The position numbers and the translations under genes are program-made. This document shows positions 49,204 through 58,930 of a stretch of DNA of 64,000 bases, piece after piece. The notes below the pieces were generated by a model that was not told the DNA's origin, did not search any database, and was given only the letters and a program-made list of their open reading frames with translations. The DNA is from Rickettsiales bacterium (GTDB lineage Bacteria; Pseudomonadota; Alphaproteobacteria; Rickettsiales; UBA998), in NCBI GenBank assembly GCA_036770365.1, contig DAIPJH010000006.1:64904-128903 (forward strand). The letters are read 5' to 3'. Position 1 is the stretch's first letter. Each line of letters starts with the position of its first letter.

Positions 49204-50484
49204 ATGATGCACATGCACCTACACGCGCATGATTGGTGTCATCCCCTTGATTGTTTGCATTCCCTTGCCGCGCAGTACCCTACCCTCGCATTCCTTTATT
49301 CTGGACTTAAAACCAGCTATTCAGGAGATATGTCATGGCTAGGCTTTGATGCGATAGAACAGTTTGAAGGTGATGATCCTACCTTGTTACGTCACGCCAC
49401 CTCTACCTCTCACGCAACACTCCCTTCATGGTTTGGCTATCTATCCTATGAGTTTGGACGCACGATCCCTACAACCATTAAACCTTCAACGATTTCCCTA
49501 CCCAAACTTCGCCTCACACGCTTTCGCCATGTTTTGCAATTTGACCATGTGAGGCAAACCATTAGACGCCATAGCGTTGATAATTCTTCCTTTGACTTGC
49601 AACGCTACATCGCACCTAAAGAGCTGGATTTTACACCACCACACGTTACATCTATCAGCTCCAACATGAACCAAAGTTACTACCGTCAACATATCGAAGA
49701 AACGCTAGAAGCCATTCGTTCTGGTAGCTTTTACCAAGCGAATATCACCCGTAAATTTATGGGACGGTGGGGCGATATTCCTTCACGTGAGGAAATGAGC
49801 CAGCTTTTCCACCAGCTAAGTTATGTCAGCCCTGCACCCTATAGCGCATTCATTACCTACCCTGATACCACTATCCTCTCCTCATCACCTGAACAATTTT
49901 TAAAAATAGATGCAGACGGTACACTCACAACTCGTCCTATCAAAGGCACAAGCAGCTTAGATAACCAAGCGGATACGCTCGCTAGCAGCCTTAAAAACCG
50001 CGCAGAAAATCTTATGATCGTGGATTTGATGCGCAATGATTTTGCCAAAGTGACCAACCTTGGCTCAGTCCGTGTTCCCCATCTTTTTGAAGTGGATAAT
50101 TTTAAAACATTACGTCACCTCTCCTCAACCATCACAGGCAAACTTCGCCCAGACCTCACAATTGCCGACGCGATACTTGCTTGTTTTCCCGCGGGATCCA
50201 TGACAGGCGCACCCAAACAGCGCGTGATACAATGGTGCGAAAAAACAGAAGGTATACAACGTGGCGTCTATAGCGGCGCAATAGGATGGTTATCACGCCA
50301 CACCTGTGAGTTTTCCGTGGTCATTCGCACACTCATCGCCCAAAACGATCAATTTGAATTTCAAGTGGGTGGAGGCATCGTCAACGACTCCGACGCCTAT
50401 GACGAATGGGAAGAAACCATGACCAAATCACGTGGGATAGCACAAGCACTCGGCATCCACCTTGAAGATCTACGCAATATTTAA
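49204..50484 (+). CDS. pabB: Aminodeoxychorismate synthase component I (chorismate-binding)
   Basis: FYQANIT, SPAPYSA, SSSPEQF, RPIKGT, KNRAENLMIVDLMRND and FPAGSMTGAPK motifs. Confidence 0.88.
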   Translation: MMHMHLHAHDWCHPLDCLHSLAAQYPTLAFLYSGLKTSYSGDMSWLGFDAIEQFEGDDPTLLRHATSTSHATLPSWFGYLSYEFGRTIPTTIKPSTISLPKLRLTRFRHVLQFDHVRQTIRRHSVDNSSFDLQRYIAPKELDFTPPHVTSISSNMNQSYYRQHIEETLEAIRSGSFYQANITRKFMGRWGDIPSREEMSQLFHQLSYVSPAPYSAFITYPDTTILSSSPEQFLKIDADGTLTTRPIKGTSSLDNQADTLASSLKNRAENLMIVDLMRNDFAKVTNLGSVRVPHLFEVDNFKTLRHLSSTITGKLRPDLTIADAILACFPAGSMTGAPKQRVIQWCEKTEGIQRGVYSGAIGWLSRHTCEFSVVIRTLIAQNDQFEFQVGGGIVNDSDAYDEWEETMTKSRGIAQALGIHLEDLRNI

Positions 50485-50586
50485 CTCAACAGCACTGTAT
50501 TTAAACGCGTATTTCTTCAGTCCTACAGCAAGTTAGCAGCATCATTACTTTAATAAACAAAATAACTAAAAAAAGAACTTGAAATA

Positions 50587-50601
50587 TTAATAAAAAATTA
50601 A
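50587..50601. promoter_or_regulatory. CtrA-type site
   Basis: TTAA-TAAAAAA-TTAA about 200 bp upstream of the AlgE-like gene. Confidence 0.4.
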
Positions 50602-50798
50602 TATATTCCTGTACACGCAAAACAGAAGCAAGCCACAACAATGATTATGAATCAATTAAAATACGCTTGCATGTCTTTGTAAATTAGCATAACAACCCAG
50701 ACAAAATACCACCTATTCAGCTAGGTCTTTATATTCAAGCTTTTGCTGACGGTCGGCTGTATGGTTTTAAATAACAACAAATATAGGCTTGTGTGATT

Positions 50799-53264
50799 AT
50801 GACAACGTTCAATGTGAAAGATTTCGGTGCTAAAGGTGATGGCGTAACCAATGATACCGCAGCAGTTCAAGCTGCGCTTGATGCTGCGCATGCAGCGGGC
50901 GGCGGCACAGTATATGCCCCAACAGGTACGTATATCGTAACAGGTCACACCGAGCCATCCGATGGCGCATTACTCATCTATAGCAACACCACCTTTTATG
51001 GTGATGGCATGGGCCTTACCAATATTAAAGTGGCTGATGGCTGGAATATGAAAATGACAGGCGTCGTGCGCACTCCATTCAACGTTGAGTCCACTAATGT
51101 CAACGTCAATAACCTGACCATTGATGGTAATCGTGATAATATTTCTCCATCTGTTAAGATCGATGGCTGGTTTAATGGTGTTTACCCTGATCACCCAGGT
51201 CAATGCAGCAATATTACACTTGATCGCATGGAAATCAAAAATTGCTCTGGCTATGGCTTTGATCCACACGAACAAACTGTGAATCTTAGCATCACCAACA
51301 GCGTTGCTCATGGCAACCATTTGGATGGTTTCGTGGCAGATTACATCATTGGTGGCGTTTACAGCAATAACGTAGCCTATAACAACGATCGCCATGGATT
51401 TAATGTTTGTACTAGCTCAAAAGACATCACGATTTCGAACAACGTATCGTATGACAATGGCGCGAACGGTATTATGGTGCAACGTGGCAGCGAAAATATC
51501 GCATGGCCTAAAAACATTTCCATTCATGATAACGAGGTTTACGGCAATACACTTGAGGGTGTTTTAGTGAAGCTTGCCAATTACACTGATGTGTATAACA
51601 ACCTTATCCATCACAATGGCAAAGCAGGTGTCCGCCTTTACGGAACAGACCATGATAATGTCCATGATAACCACATCTATAGCAATTCCACCAGCTCACC
51701 TGCTTCTTATGAAGGTATTCGCCTTGAAGCATATGACGATACCTCAGGTGTTTCTGGCAAATATTATAACACCACGAACAATAAAGTGACCAACAACGTG
51801 ATTGAATCTGGCAATGTTGCTGCTTATTACGGTGTACGCGAAGGCGCAGGCACGGACTATAACACCCTTACAGGCAACACCATCACTGGCTTTAAGACCT
51901 CTGTCGCTCTAACAGGTTCACACAGCACATGGGATCATTTTGGATCAATTGATTATTCACAGGCCAATAATCTTCTTGGCACAACAGGTGCGGACGACAT
52001 TAATGGGTTTGCGGGCAATGACACTATTGACGGTGATGCAGGACGCGACACACTTACAGGTGGCACAGGATTAGATAATTTCAAATTCAGTCATCTCGGT
52101 GACAGCACCCGCGTTGCCGCAGATAAGATCATGGATTTTGCCTCTGGTCAGGATGTGATTGATGTCCGCGATCTTGGTTTCACCAGTTTTATTGGTAGCG
52201 GCAATACAACGTTGCTGAATGAACTACGCATCAGTTATAGCAGCAGCACCAACACCAGCTATATCAAAAATGATGAAACAGGCTTTGAAGTTGCGCTCGT
52301 TGGCGATTTACGCAACACGCTCAAAGCAAGTGACTTTCTCTTTAACACAGGCAATATTGCCGACGACAACTTCTTCATTGGCTCATCACGCAACGACCTC
52401 TTCAACGGTGGACTTGGCAATGACACCATCGACGGTAGCGCGGGGCGTGACACACTCACAGGTGGCGTAGGTGCAGATGTTTTCCGTTTTAGCAACACAA
52501 ACGATAGCCTCTTCACAGGTAGTATGTATGATCGCATCACTGATTTTGAAGCAGGGGTCGATAAAATTGATTTAAGTGGTCTAGGATTTACAACACTTAC
52601 CACCAACAAAACAACCGCAGCAGGTGAATTACGCGTTGCGTATAGTGTGACATCAGACCGCAGCTATATTCGTAGCGAACAATCTGATTTTGAATTTTAC
52701 CTTTCTGGTGACTATCGTGGCAAACTCACCAACAGCGATTTCATCTTTTCTAAATCAACCGTTGCAGGTCAAACCTTTAATGGCGTAGGCGCAGACGAAA
52801 CCTATACGGGCGGCAATGGAGACGATACCATCAAGGGGAATGGCGGCAGCGATTCTCTTAGCGGTGGCGCAGGTCATGATAGCATCAATGGCGGTTCGGG
52901 TAACGACACCGTTTATGGCGGCATCGGTAATGATACTATCAATGGCAATGATGGTTTTGATAGCCTCTTTGGTGGCGATGGCAATGATCGCATTTATCTT
53001 GCAGCTGATACGGACACAGCAACAGGTGGTGCGGGCGGCGACATTTTCACATTTACGGCGACCAGTGGTGTGATCACAGACTTTGATGTGGCGCATGACG
53101 TAATTGATTTGCGTAACTACGCAGTGACCTATGCTAATCTCACCATAGCAACGGTGGCAACAGATACAGTCATCGACGTGACCGTTGGCAGTTCGAACAT
53201 TTCACACATCATACTGACTGGCATCACTAGCGACACATTACTTGATACCGACTTTATTTTTTAA
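50799..53264 (+). CDS. Secreted AlgE-type mannuronan C5-epimerase/lyase (A-module, R-modules, RTX)
   Basis: NVKDFGAKGDG, DGWFNG, YGFDPHEQT, DGFVADY, NDRHGFNV, VQRG and DDTSGVSGKYYNT match the Azotobacter AlgE A-module; DFxxGxDxIDLSGLGF R-module segments follow. Confidence 0.88.
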   Translation: MTTFNVKDFGAKGDGVTNDTAAVQAALDAAHAAGGGTVYAPTGTYIVTGHTEPSDGALLIYSNTTFYGDGMGLTNIKVADGWNMKMTGVVRTPFNVESTNVNVNNLTIDGNRDNISPSVKIDGWFNGVYPDHPGQCSNITLDRMEIKNCSGYGFDPHEQTVNLSITNSVAHGNHLDGFVADYIIGGVYSNNVAYNNDRHGFNVCTSSKDITISNNVSYDNGANGIMVQRGSENIAWPKNISIHDNEVYGNTLEGVLVKLANYTDVYNNLIHHNGKAGVRLYGTDHDNVHDNHIYSNSTSSPASYEGIRLEAYDDTSGVSGKYYNTTNNKVTNNVIESGNVAAYYGVREGAGTDYNTLTGNTITGFKTSVALTGSHSTWDHFGSIDYSQANNLLGTTGADDINGFAGNDTIDGDAGRDTLTGGTGLDNFKFSHLGDSTRVAADKIMDFASGQDVIDVRDLGFTSFIGSGNTTLLNELRISYSSSTNTSYIKNDETGFEVALVGDLRNTLKASDFLFNTGNIADDNFFIGSSRNDLFNGGLGNDTIDGSAGRDTLTGGVGADVFRFSNTNDSLFTGSMYDRITDFEAGVDKIDLSGLGFTTLTTNKTTAAGELRVAYSVTSDRSYIRSEQSDFEFYLSGDYRGKLTNSDFIFSKSTVAGQTFNGVGADETYTGGNGDDTIKGNGGSDSLSGGAGHDSINGGSGNDTVYGGIGNDTINGNDGFDSLFGGDGNDRIYLAADTDTATGGAGGDIFTFTATSGVITDFDVAHDVIDLRNYAVTYANLTIATVATDTVIDVTVGSSNISHIILTGITSDTLLDTDFIF

Positions 53265-53319
53265 TCAATATATTGAACAAGAATTCTATTCTACAACATT
53301 CAATTAAGGAGGTATCATT

Positions 53320-54246
53320 ATGGCACAGATCATGGGTAGCAATTTTTCAAGTGATTATTTGTTTGGCACTGATCAAAGCGACTCCATCTGGGGCGGATCT
53401 GGGAATGATACCCTGATCGGCAACGGCGGTGACGATACACTCGTTGGTGGGCTTGGCCTTAACATCATGGATGGTGGCAATGGTAATGACAGCATCACAG
53501 GTGGCTCTAATCAAGACAGCATTATTGGTGGTAAAGGCAATGACACGTTACTTGGTGGGTGGAGCTTTGACACCATTTATGGTGGCGATGGTTATGACAC
53601 CATAAATGGCGGTGTAAGTCCTGATGAATTACATGGTGATACTGGCAATGATAGTATTATTGGCGAAAACGGTGGTGACAGTATTTGGGGTGGCACAGGC
53701 AACGACACGATCGATGCTGGCGATAATGATGACAGAATATACGGCGAAGACGGCGCAGATTCTATATTAGGCGGCAAAGGTAATGACAGCATTGATGCTG
53801 GTACGGCGAATGATACCATTGACAGCGGAGCAGATAAAGACACCATTAATGGTGGCACGGGGCTTGACCTTATTCACGGTGGTGCAGGCAATGACGTTGT
53901 CCATGGTGATGGCTCGAATGACGTAATTTATGGCGATGATGGTAACGACTTTGTCTATGGTGACGGCGGCGCAGATACGGTGTATGGCGGTATCGGCTTA
54001 GATACACTTTACGGCGGAAGTGAAGTTGACCGCTTTGTTGTACAGTACGATAGTGACACCATTCGTGATTTTACCAAAGGCGAAGTCATCGATGTAACCT
54101 ACTTCGCAACCAATTTTGCGAGCTTTACTCAAAGCCATGTTGGTGCAAATACTATGGTTGATTTCACCACTACAGGCGGTACAGCAGTGCATCTTATACT
54201 AGAAAATTATCTTGTAGATGTTGCAGCAACAGATTTTGCATTCTAA
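53320..54246 (+). CDS. RTX-type calcium-binding repeat protein
   Basis: Continuous GGxGxD repeats; tail LILENYLVDVAATDFAF; RBS AGGAGG. Confidence 0.9.
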   Translation: MAQIMGSNFSSDYLFGTDQSDSIWGGSGNDTLIGNGGDDTLVGGLGLNIMDGGNGNDSITGGSNQDSIIGGKGNDTLLGGWSFDTIYGGDGYDTINGGVSPDELHGDTGNDSIIGENGGDSIWGGTGNDTIDAGDNDDRIYGEDGADSILGGKGNDSIDAGTANDTIDSGADKDTINGGTGLDLIHGGAGNDVVHGDGSNDVIYGDDGNDFVYGDGGADTVYGGIGLDTLYGGSEVDRFVVQYDSDTIRDFTKGEVIDVTYFATNFASFTQSHVGANTMVDFTTTGGTAVHLILENYLVDVAATDFAF

Positions 54247-54320
54247 CAATTTGCTAGGTGATCTGTCGCTTAAGCTTAAACGGCTATAGTATTACATGCC
54301 TTACAAAAGGCACACTCGCA

Positions 54321-54343
54321 GGGGGAGCATCGCTCCCCCTTTT
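54321..54343 (+). terminator. Rho-independent terminator
   Basis: GGGGGAGC-ATC-GCTCCCCC-TTTT. Confidence 0.8.
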
Positions 54344-54376
54344 GTGTTTGTATCACAATCAATTACCTTAAGTCAT

Positions 54377-54391
54377 TTAAGTAAATTTTAA
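54377..54391. promoter_or_regulatory. CtrA-type site
   Basis: TTAA-GTAAATT-TTAA, about 54 bp upstream of ORF 54445. Confidence 0.45.
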
Positions 54392-54444
54392 TTAATGTAT
54401 CATAGAATAAACTATGAAAAAATATTTTAAGGTAACATCACGTC

Positions 54445-56388
54445 ATGACTACACGTGTTACTGAAATTAACCGCTTGTCCACTAGCGTTGCAGAAACGCA
54501 AGGCAATGACTATAGCTCTGGTGGCATATTTTCACCTGACGAGGACACAGTTCTTTTTTCTAGCTATGCCAATAACCTCGTTGCAAATGACACCAATGGT
54601 GTAGCTGACATCTTTATTAAAGATATTAACTCAGGTATTATCACCAGAATTTCAACAGACGTAACGGACGCACAAGCAAACAATAACTCACTTGACGCCG
54701 TTTTTTCTCCTGATGGCAGCCAAATCGCATTCACAAGTACAGCCACCAATCTGATTGCAGGCGACACCAATGGTCAATCAGATATTTTTGTTAAAGACCT
54801 AGGCACAGGTGTCGTCACACGCTTTTCAACGAGCGCGGCAGGAGTCCAAGGGAATTTCGGGTCTTCCAACGCAATATTTTCCCCTGACGGCACAAAAATA
54901 GCATTTGAAAGTAATGCTAACAATTTGGTCGCGGGCGACACCAATTTTTCAAAAGATATTTTTATCAAAGATCTAGGAACAGGTGCAATAACACGCGTTT
55001 CCACAGATATTGCAAGTACAGAAAGTGATGGGGATTCCTATTATGCACAATTTTCTCCAGATGGTAGCTCTATTGCTTTTGTGAGTACCGCCACAAATTT
55101 GATTGCAGGAGATACCAATGGGGTAGCAGATGTCTTTATTAAAGATCTAGGCACAGGCACGGTAACACGCGTATCTACAGACGCAACGGGCGCAGAAGGC
55201 AACCAAGACTCAAGCATTTATTCAACGTACACAGATGCTTACCACTTAGCCTTTTCCCCCGATGGCAACAAGATCGCCTTTACCAGCTACGCTGATAATT
55301 TAGTGACGGGCGACATAAATAATGATGCAGATGTTTTTGTTAAAGATTTAAATACAGGTACTATTACCAATATTTCTGCTAACGTTGCAGAAGAATTTTA
55401 TGAATCTTATAATTCTGTCTTTTTACCAGACGGCAACAGTATTGCTTTTTTAAAACGCATAGAATTATTAGGATTTGGAACTCCCCCTCTAGAGCAAACC
55501 TATATTTACCTTAAAAACCTTACATCAGGCGCGCTCACCCTTATTTCTAAAAATGTCGATGGAGCTATCGCCAACAGTGAATTCAATGATATCAATTTTT
55601 CTACTGACGGCATGCATTTTATTGCCTCTAGCTATGCAACCAATTTAGTTGGAAGTGATACCAATGCCACGCAAGATATCTTTCTCTTTACGCTAGAAGA
55701 CATAATACCTACCCCATCACACATAGGACTCACACTGTACGGTAGCTCATCCAACCGTGAAATCACTGGCTCATCAGATGATGACCTACTTTTTGGTGGC
55801 ACAGGATATTATGATCCAGAAGACGATGCAGATATTCTTGATGGTGGTAAAGGCAATGATCGTATCTATGGTAATGGCGGCAATGACAAGCTCATCGGTG
55901 GCTACGGACATGACAAGCTTTATGGCGGCGAAGGTGATGACCTGATATTTGGTGGCAACAATCGTATTGTAGACCCTACAGATGATGCAGATACTATTGA
56001 TGGCGGCGGTGGCGAAGATACCATTTATGGTAATGGCGACAATGATATCATTTCTGGTGGTACTGGCAATGACCTGATATTTGGTGGATACGGCAATGAC
56101 ACCATCTATTTAGGTGTTGGTAACGACACACTATACGGGAATGAAGACCTCGATCGTTTCTATATTGATAGCAACAATGGTCATGACAGCATCATGGATT
56201 TTTCAAAGGGTGATATACTCATCATCCGCCCAGATATTAATCACGGTGACATCGTGAATATCGACGACGTCCTCGATCACACCACTTACACCAATGAAGG
56301 AGCATGGATCGACCTTGGAAATGGCAACAACGTACTACTGCACGCTGTTACCAGCCTTTCAGAACACGATATCACCATGTGGAGCTAA
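54445..56388 (+). CDS. TolB/PD40-like beta-propeller plus RTX repeat protein
   Basis: Repeats of FSPDG..IAF.S.A.NL.AGDTNG..DIFIKDL.TG..TRVST, followed by GGxGxD repeats. Confidence 0.88.
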   Translation: MTTRVTEINRLSTSVAETQGNDYSSGGIFSPDEDTVLFSSYANNLVANDTNGVADIFIKDINSGIITRISTDVTDAQANNNSLDAVFSPDGSQIAFTSTATNLIAGDTNGQSDIFVKDLGTGVVTRFSTSAAGVQGNFGSSNAIFSPDGTKIAFESNANNLVAGDTNFSKDIFIKDLGTGAITRVSTDIASTESDGDSYYAQFSPDGSSIAFVSTATNLIAGDTNGVADVFIKDLGTGTVTRVSTDATGAEGNQDSSIYSTYTDAYHLAFSPDGNKIAFTSYADNLVTGDINNDADVFVKDLNTGTITNISANVAEEFYESYNSVFLPDGNSIAFLKRIELLGFGTPPLEQTYIYLKNLTSGALTLISKNVDGAIANSEFNDINFSTDGMHFIASSYATNLVGSDTNATQDIFLFTLEDIIPTPSHIGLTLYGSSSNREITGSSDDDLLFGGTGYYDPEDDADILDGGKGNDRIYGNGGNDKLIGGYGHDKLYGGEGDDLIFGGNNRIVDPTDDADTIDGGGGEDTIYGNGDNDIISGGTGNDLIFGGYGNDTIYLGVGNDTLYGNEDLDRFYIDSNNGHDSIMDFSKGDILIIRPDINHGDIVNIDDVLDHTTYTNEGAWIDLGNGNNVLLHAVTSLSEHDITMWS

Positions 56389-56391
56389 CAA

Positions 56392-56658
56392 TTACGCTGC
56401 TTCGTCCATCTGCGGTAACATCCCCAGCGCACGCAGGTAGACATCCAGCAAATGCTCTTCTTCATCACGATCAGATGCATTCATTTTACGAAGTTTCAAG
56501 ACCTTACGAATGATCTTGACATCATAGCCGTTACCTTTTGCTTCCGCACAAACATCACGAATATCCGCTGCGATGTTTGCTTTATCTTCTTCCAAGCGTT
56601 CAATACGCTCAACATAGCTGCGAAGCTGCTCTGCCGTCACATTGCCAATTACTGTCAT
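56392..56658 (-). CDS. gapR: Nucleoid-associated protein GapR (DUF2312)
   Basis: QLRSYVERIERLEEDK..DIRDV.AEAKGNGYDVKIIRKVLKLRK..LDVYLRALGM. Confidence 0.92.
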   Translation of the reverse strand: MTVIGNVTAEQLRSYVERIERLEEDKANIAADIRDVCAEAKGNGYDVKIIRKVLKLRKMNASDRDEEEHLLDVYLRALGMLPQMDEAA

Positions 56659-56679
56659 GATGTTTCCCTTTTCATGTTT

Positions 56680-56786
56680 TATACTTATTTGAGAAAGGAA
56701 ATCCCTAAAGAAAGCAAGGCGATGTGTAGTAAAACCTACATGAGCCGAAGCCTGACAATGAGGAAAACTTAAATCAAATAAGTATA
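56680..56786 (-). other. Putative structured RNA leader upstream of gapR
   Basis: 13-bp perfect inverted repeat (56680-56692 / 56774-56786) enclosing two hairpins, one with a cUUCGg loop on the minus strand. Confidence 0.4.
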
Positions 56787-56870
56787 TTTTGCAAATTTTG
56801 ATGAACTATGCTTATCCTCCCCACAGAGTTTTGGCAATCAACAAAGTAACCAATAGCGCGAAAAACAGGC

Positions 56871-57548
56871 ATGAAAATTCCAAAACATCCTACACAATGG
56901 TACACTAAAATCACGTTTGGCATCGTAGGACTGTTCGGCTTCCTTTTCATCTATGACTGCCTCTTTCCACCCATCTCCACTTTAATGCTAGCGCGCTACG
57001 TCACCTTCTCACATACGGAACGTGAATTTATACCACTTAGCCATATTTCTCGAAGTATAATCCGCGCCGTGATTGCTGCGGAAGATGGACAATTTTGTAA
57101 TCATAATGGGGTGGACACCAAAGCGTTAGAGCGCGAACTACGCAAAGTCACAGGCGACGCTAAAGGAACAGCAAAAGGCGCATCCACCATCACTATGCAG
57201 ACCGTCAAAAACCTTTTTTTATGGAATGGGCGTTCCTTCATCCGTAAAGGATTAGAGATTCCCCTCGCTTTCATCATCGATATGCTCTGGAGCAAGCACC
57301 ATATTTTAGAAAGTTACCTCAATATCGCCGAATTTGGTGAAGGAATTTTTGGTGTGGAAGCCGCCGCCCAGCATTATTTTCACACCTCAGCACGCAATTT
57401 GAATGCGGGACAAGCAGCTCTTCTCGCTGCTACGCTCCCTAATCCACTGGAACGCAACCCCGCCAAACCCTCGCACTATGTCCGTGCTTATGCCAATAAT
57501 ATTCAGGCGCGCATGGGACATGAACTGCCGCTGGAATGTTTGAAATAA
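56871..57548 (+). CDS. mtgA: Monofunctional biosynthetic peptidoglycan transglycosylase
   Basis: AAEDGQF..HNGVD, GASTITMQTVKNLFLW, RKGLEIP, ILESYLNIAEFG and LPNP motifs. Confidence 0.95.
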   Translation: MKIPKHPTQWYTKITFGIVGLFGFLFIYDCLFPPISTLMLARYVTFSHTEREFIPLSHISRSIIRAVIAAEDGQFCNHNGVDTKALERELRKVTGDAKGTAKGASTITMQTVKNLFLWNGRSFIRKGLEIPLAFIIDMLWSKHHILESYLNIAEFGEGIFGVEAAAQHYFHTSARNLNAGQAALLAATLPNPLERNPAKPSHYVRAYANNIQARMGHELPLECLK

Positions 57549-57579
57549 AAAAAGGCGACTCGTATAAGCCGCCTTTTTC
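57547..57579. terminator. Bidirectional terminator between mtgA and the capsid gene
   Basis: AAAAAAAGGCG..CGCCTTTTT. Confidence 0.7.
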
Positions 57580-57593
57580 TTATAACGCTGCGC

Positions 57594-58790
57594 TTACGCC
57601 GCCAATTTCAGAAGTTTTAATGCTTCATAATTGACCACTTCACCGCCGACACGACGAGTAGTATAGAATTTTACAAATGGTTTATCTGTAAACGGATCAC
57701 GCAAAATACGTAATCCAATGCGGTCAACGATCAAATATGCCTGAGAAAAATCGCCCACTGCAACCGAAAGTGAATTCGCCGCTGCGACAGGCATATCCGA
57801 CGCTTGATGCACAGGAATCCCCATCAACGTATCTGGTGCGCCTGCGGCTAAACCCGGTTGCCACAAATACTGATTGGTGGTAGATTCTTTAAGCAAACGC
57901 ACCGCTTGCACCACGCTGCGATTCATCAAGAAACTTGCGCCGCGTGCGTACGATTCTTTTAAACTATAGTAGAGTGCGATAAGGCTGTCTGCCGTGACAA
58001 CGGCTGATGTGCCAGAATTAATCTGTTCAACTTGTCCCCAACTTGTCCCCGCCGCATAGGACAAAATCCCTTTAGGCTGACCAGAACCCGAACCTGAGAT
58101 AAACGCGGTCGCCTCCATACGCGCAAATTTATTAGCGACCTTCTCTGCCACCCACGCTTCGACATCAATTGCCGCATCATCAAGCAATTTCTGCGTAGCT
58201 TTTGGCTGTGCATACATCTCAAAGGTTGCCACAGAATGCTTACCAATTTGTGGGGTGGTGGTATCGCTGACCGCACCTGTTTCCGTCGTCCAGTTCGCCG
58301 CAGAATCGCCGGTATCTTCAATGACATCCAATGTATCCGTAGAAATGGTCTCAACACGAGCAAGACCACGAAGTGGTGATGACTCACGGATAATCTTCGC
58401 AACACCCACACTCATCTCATTCGTCACAAGATAACCGCCATCCGCATCTACCCCACGCGAAAGTGATTTCACCTGCAACGCTTCCAGCCCACCGTCCATG
58501 CCTTTGCGAAGATAGTTCACGAAGGCTTTCTTATATTCACTGGTCTCTGGCGTTGTATACGCATGGGTTTTTAAACCAACATCAGGACGTAGACTCGCTG
58601 TTTCCAAACGAGATATTTGCTCCTTAACGTTATCAATGGTTTCGTTCATGCGTGCCATGTTCACGTCATGAAGCGGATCCGAAAAACCACGAGTTTTTTT
58701 CTCGCGTTCCTTCAGTTCATTCTGCGAACGCATATTTTCCCATGCATTACTGATCTCATTAAGCTTTGATACAACTTGATATTCACTCAT
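57594..58790 (-). CDS. HK97-fold major capsid protein (RcGTA g5-like)
   Basis: RBS GAGG before ATG 58790; delta-domain DPL segment; DGGYLV, SPLR, ATQKLLDD, LWQPG, RDPFTDKPFVKFYTTRRVGG and ALKLLKL motifs. Confidence 0.93.
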   Translation of the reverse strand: MSEYQVVSKLNEISNAWENMRSQNELKEREKKTRGFSDPLHDVNMARMNETIDNVKEQISRLETASLRPDVGLKTHAYTTPETSEYKKAFVNYLRKGMDGGLEALQVKSLSRGVDADGGYLVTNEMSVGVAKIIRESSPLRGLARVETISTDTLDVIEDTGDSAANWTTETGAVSDTTTPQIGKHSVATFEMYAQPKATQKLLDDAAIDVEAWVAEKVANKFARMEATAFISGSGSGQPKGILSYAAGTSWGQVEQINSGTSAVVTADSLIALYYSLKESYARGASFLMNRSVVQAVRLLKESTTNQYLWQPGLAAGAPDTLMGIPVHQASDMPVAAANSLSVAVGDFSQAYLIVDRIGLRILRDPFTDKPFVKFYTTRRVGGEVVNYEALKLLKLAA

Positions 58791-58930
58791 AATAAACCTC
58801 ATAAAAACGTGGATAAAAGTATTATTCTTAATAAAAATGTACAACCTTCACAAAAACTTCATTTTTCTATTGTGTTAATGATTGGTAATAGTTATCTTAG
58901 TAGTGAAGCGATGAGACGTTCGGAGAACCC

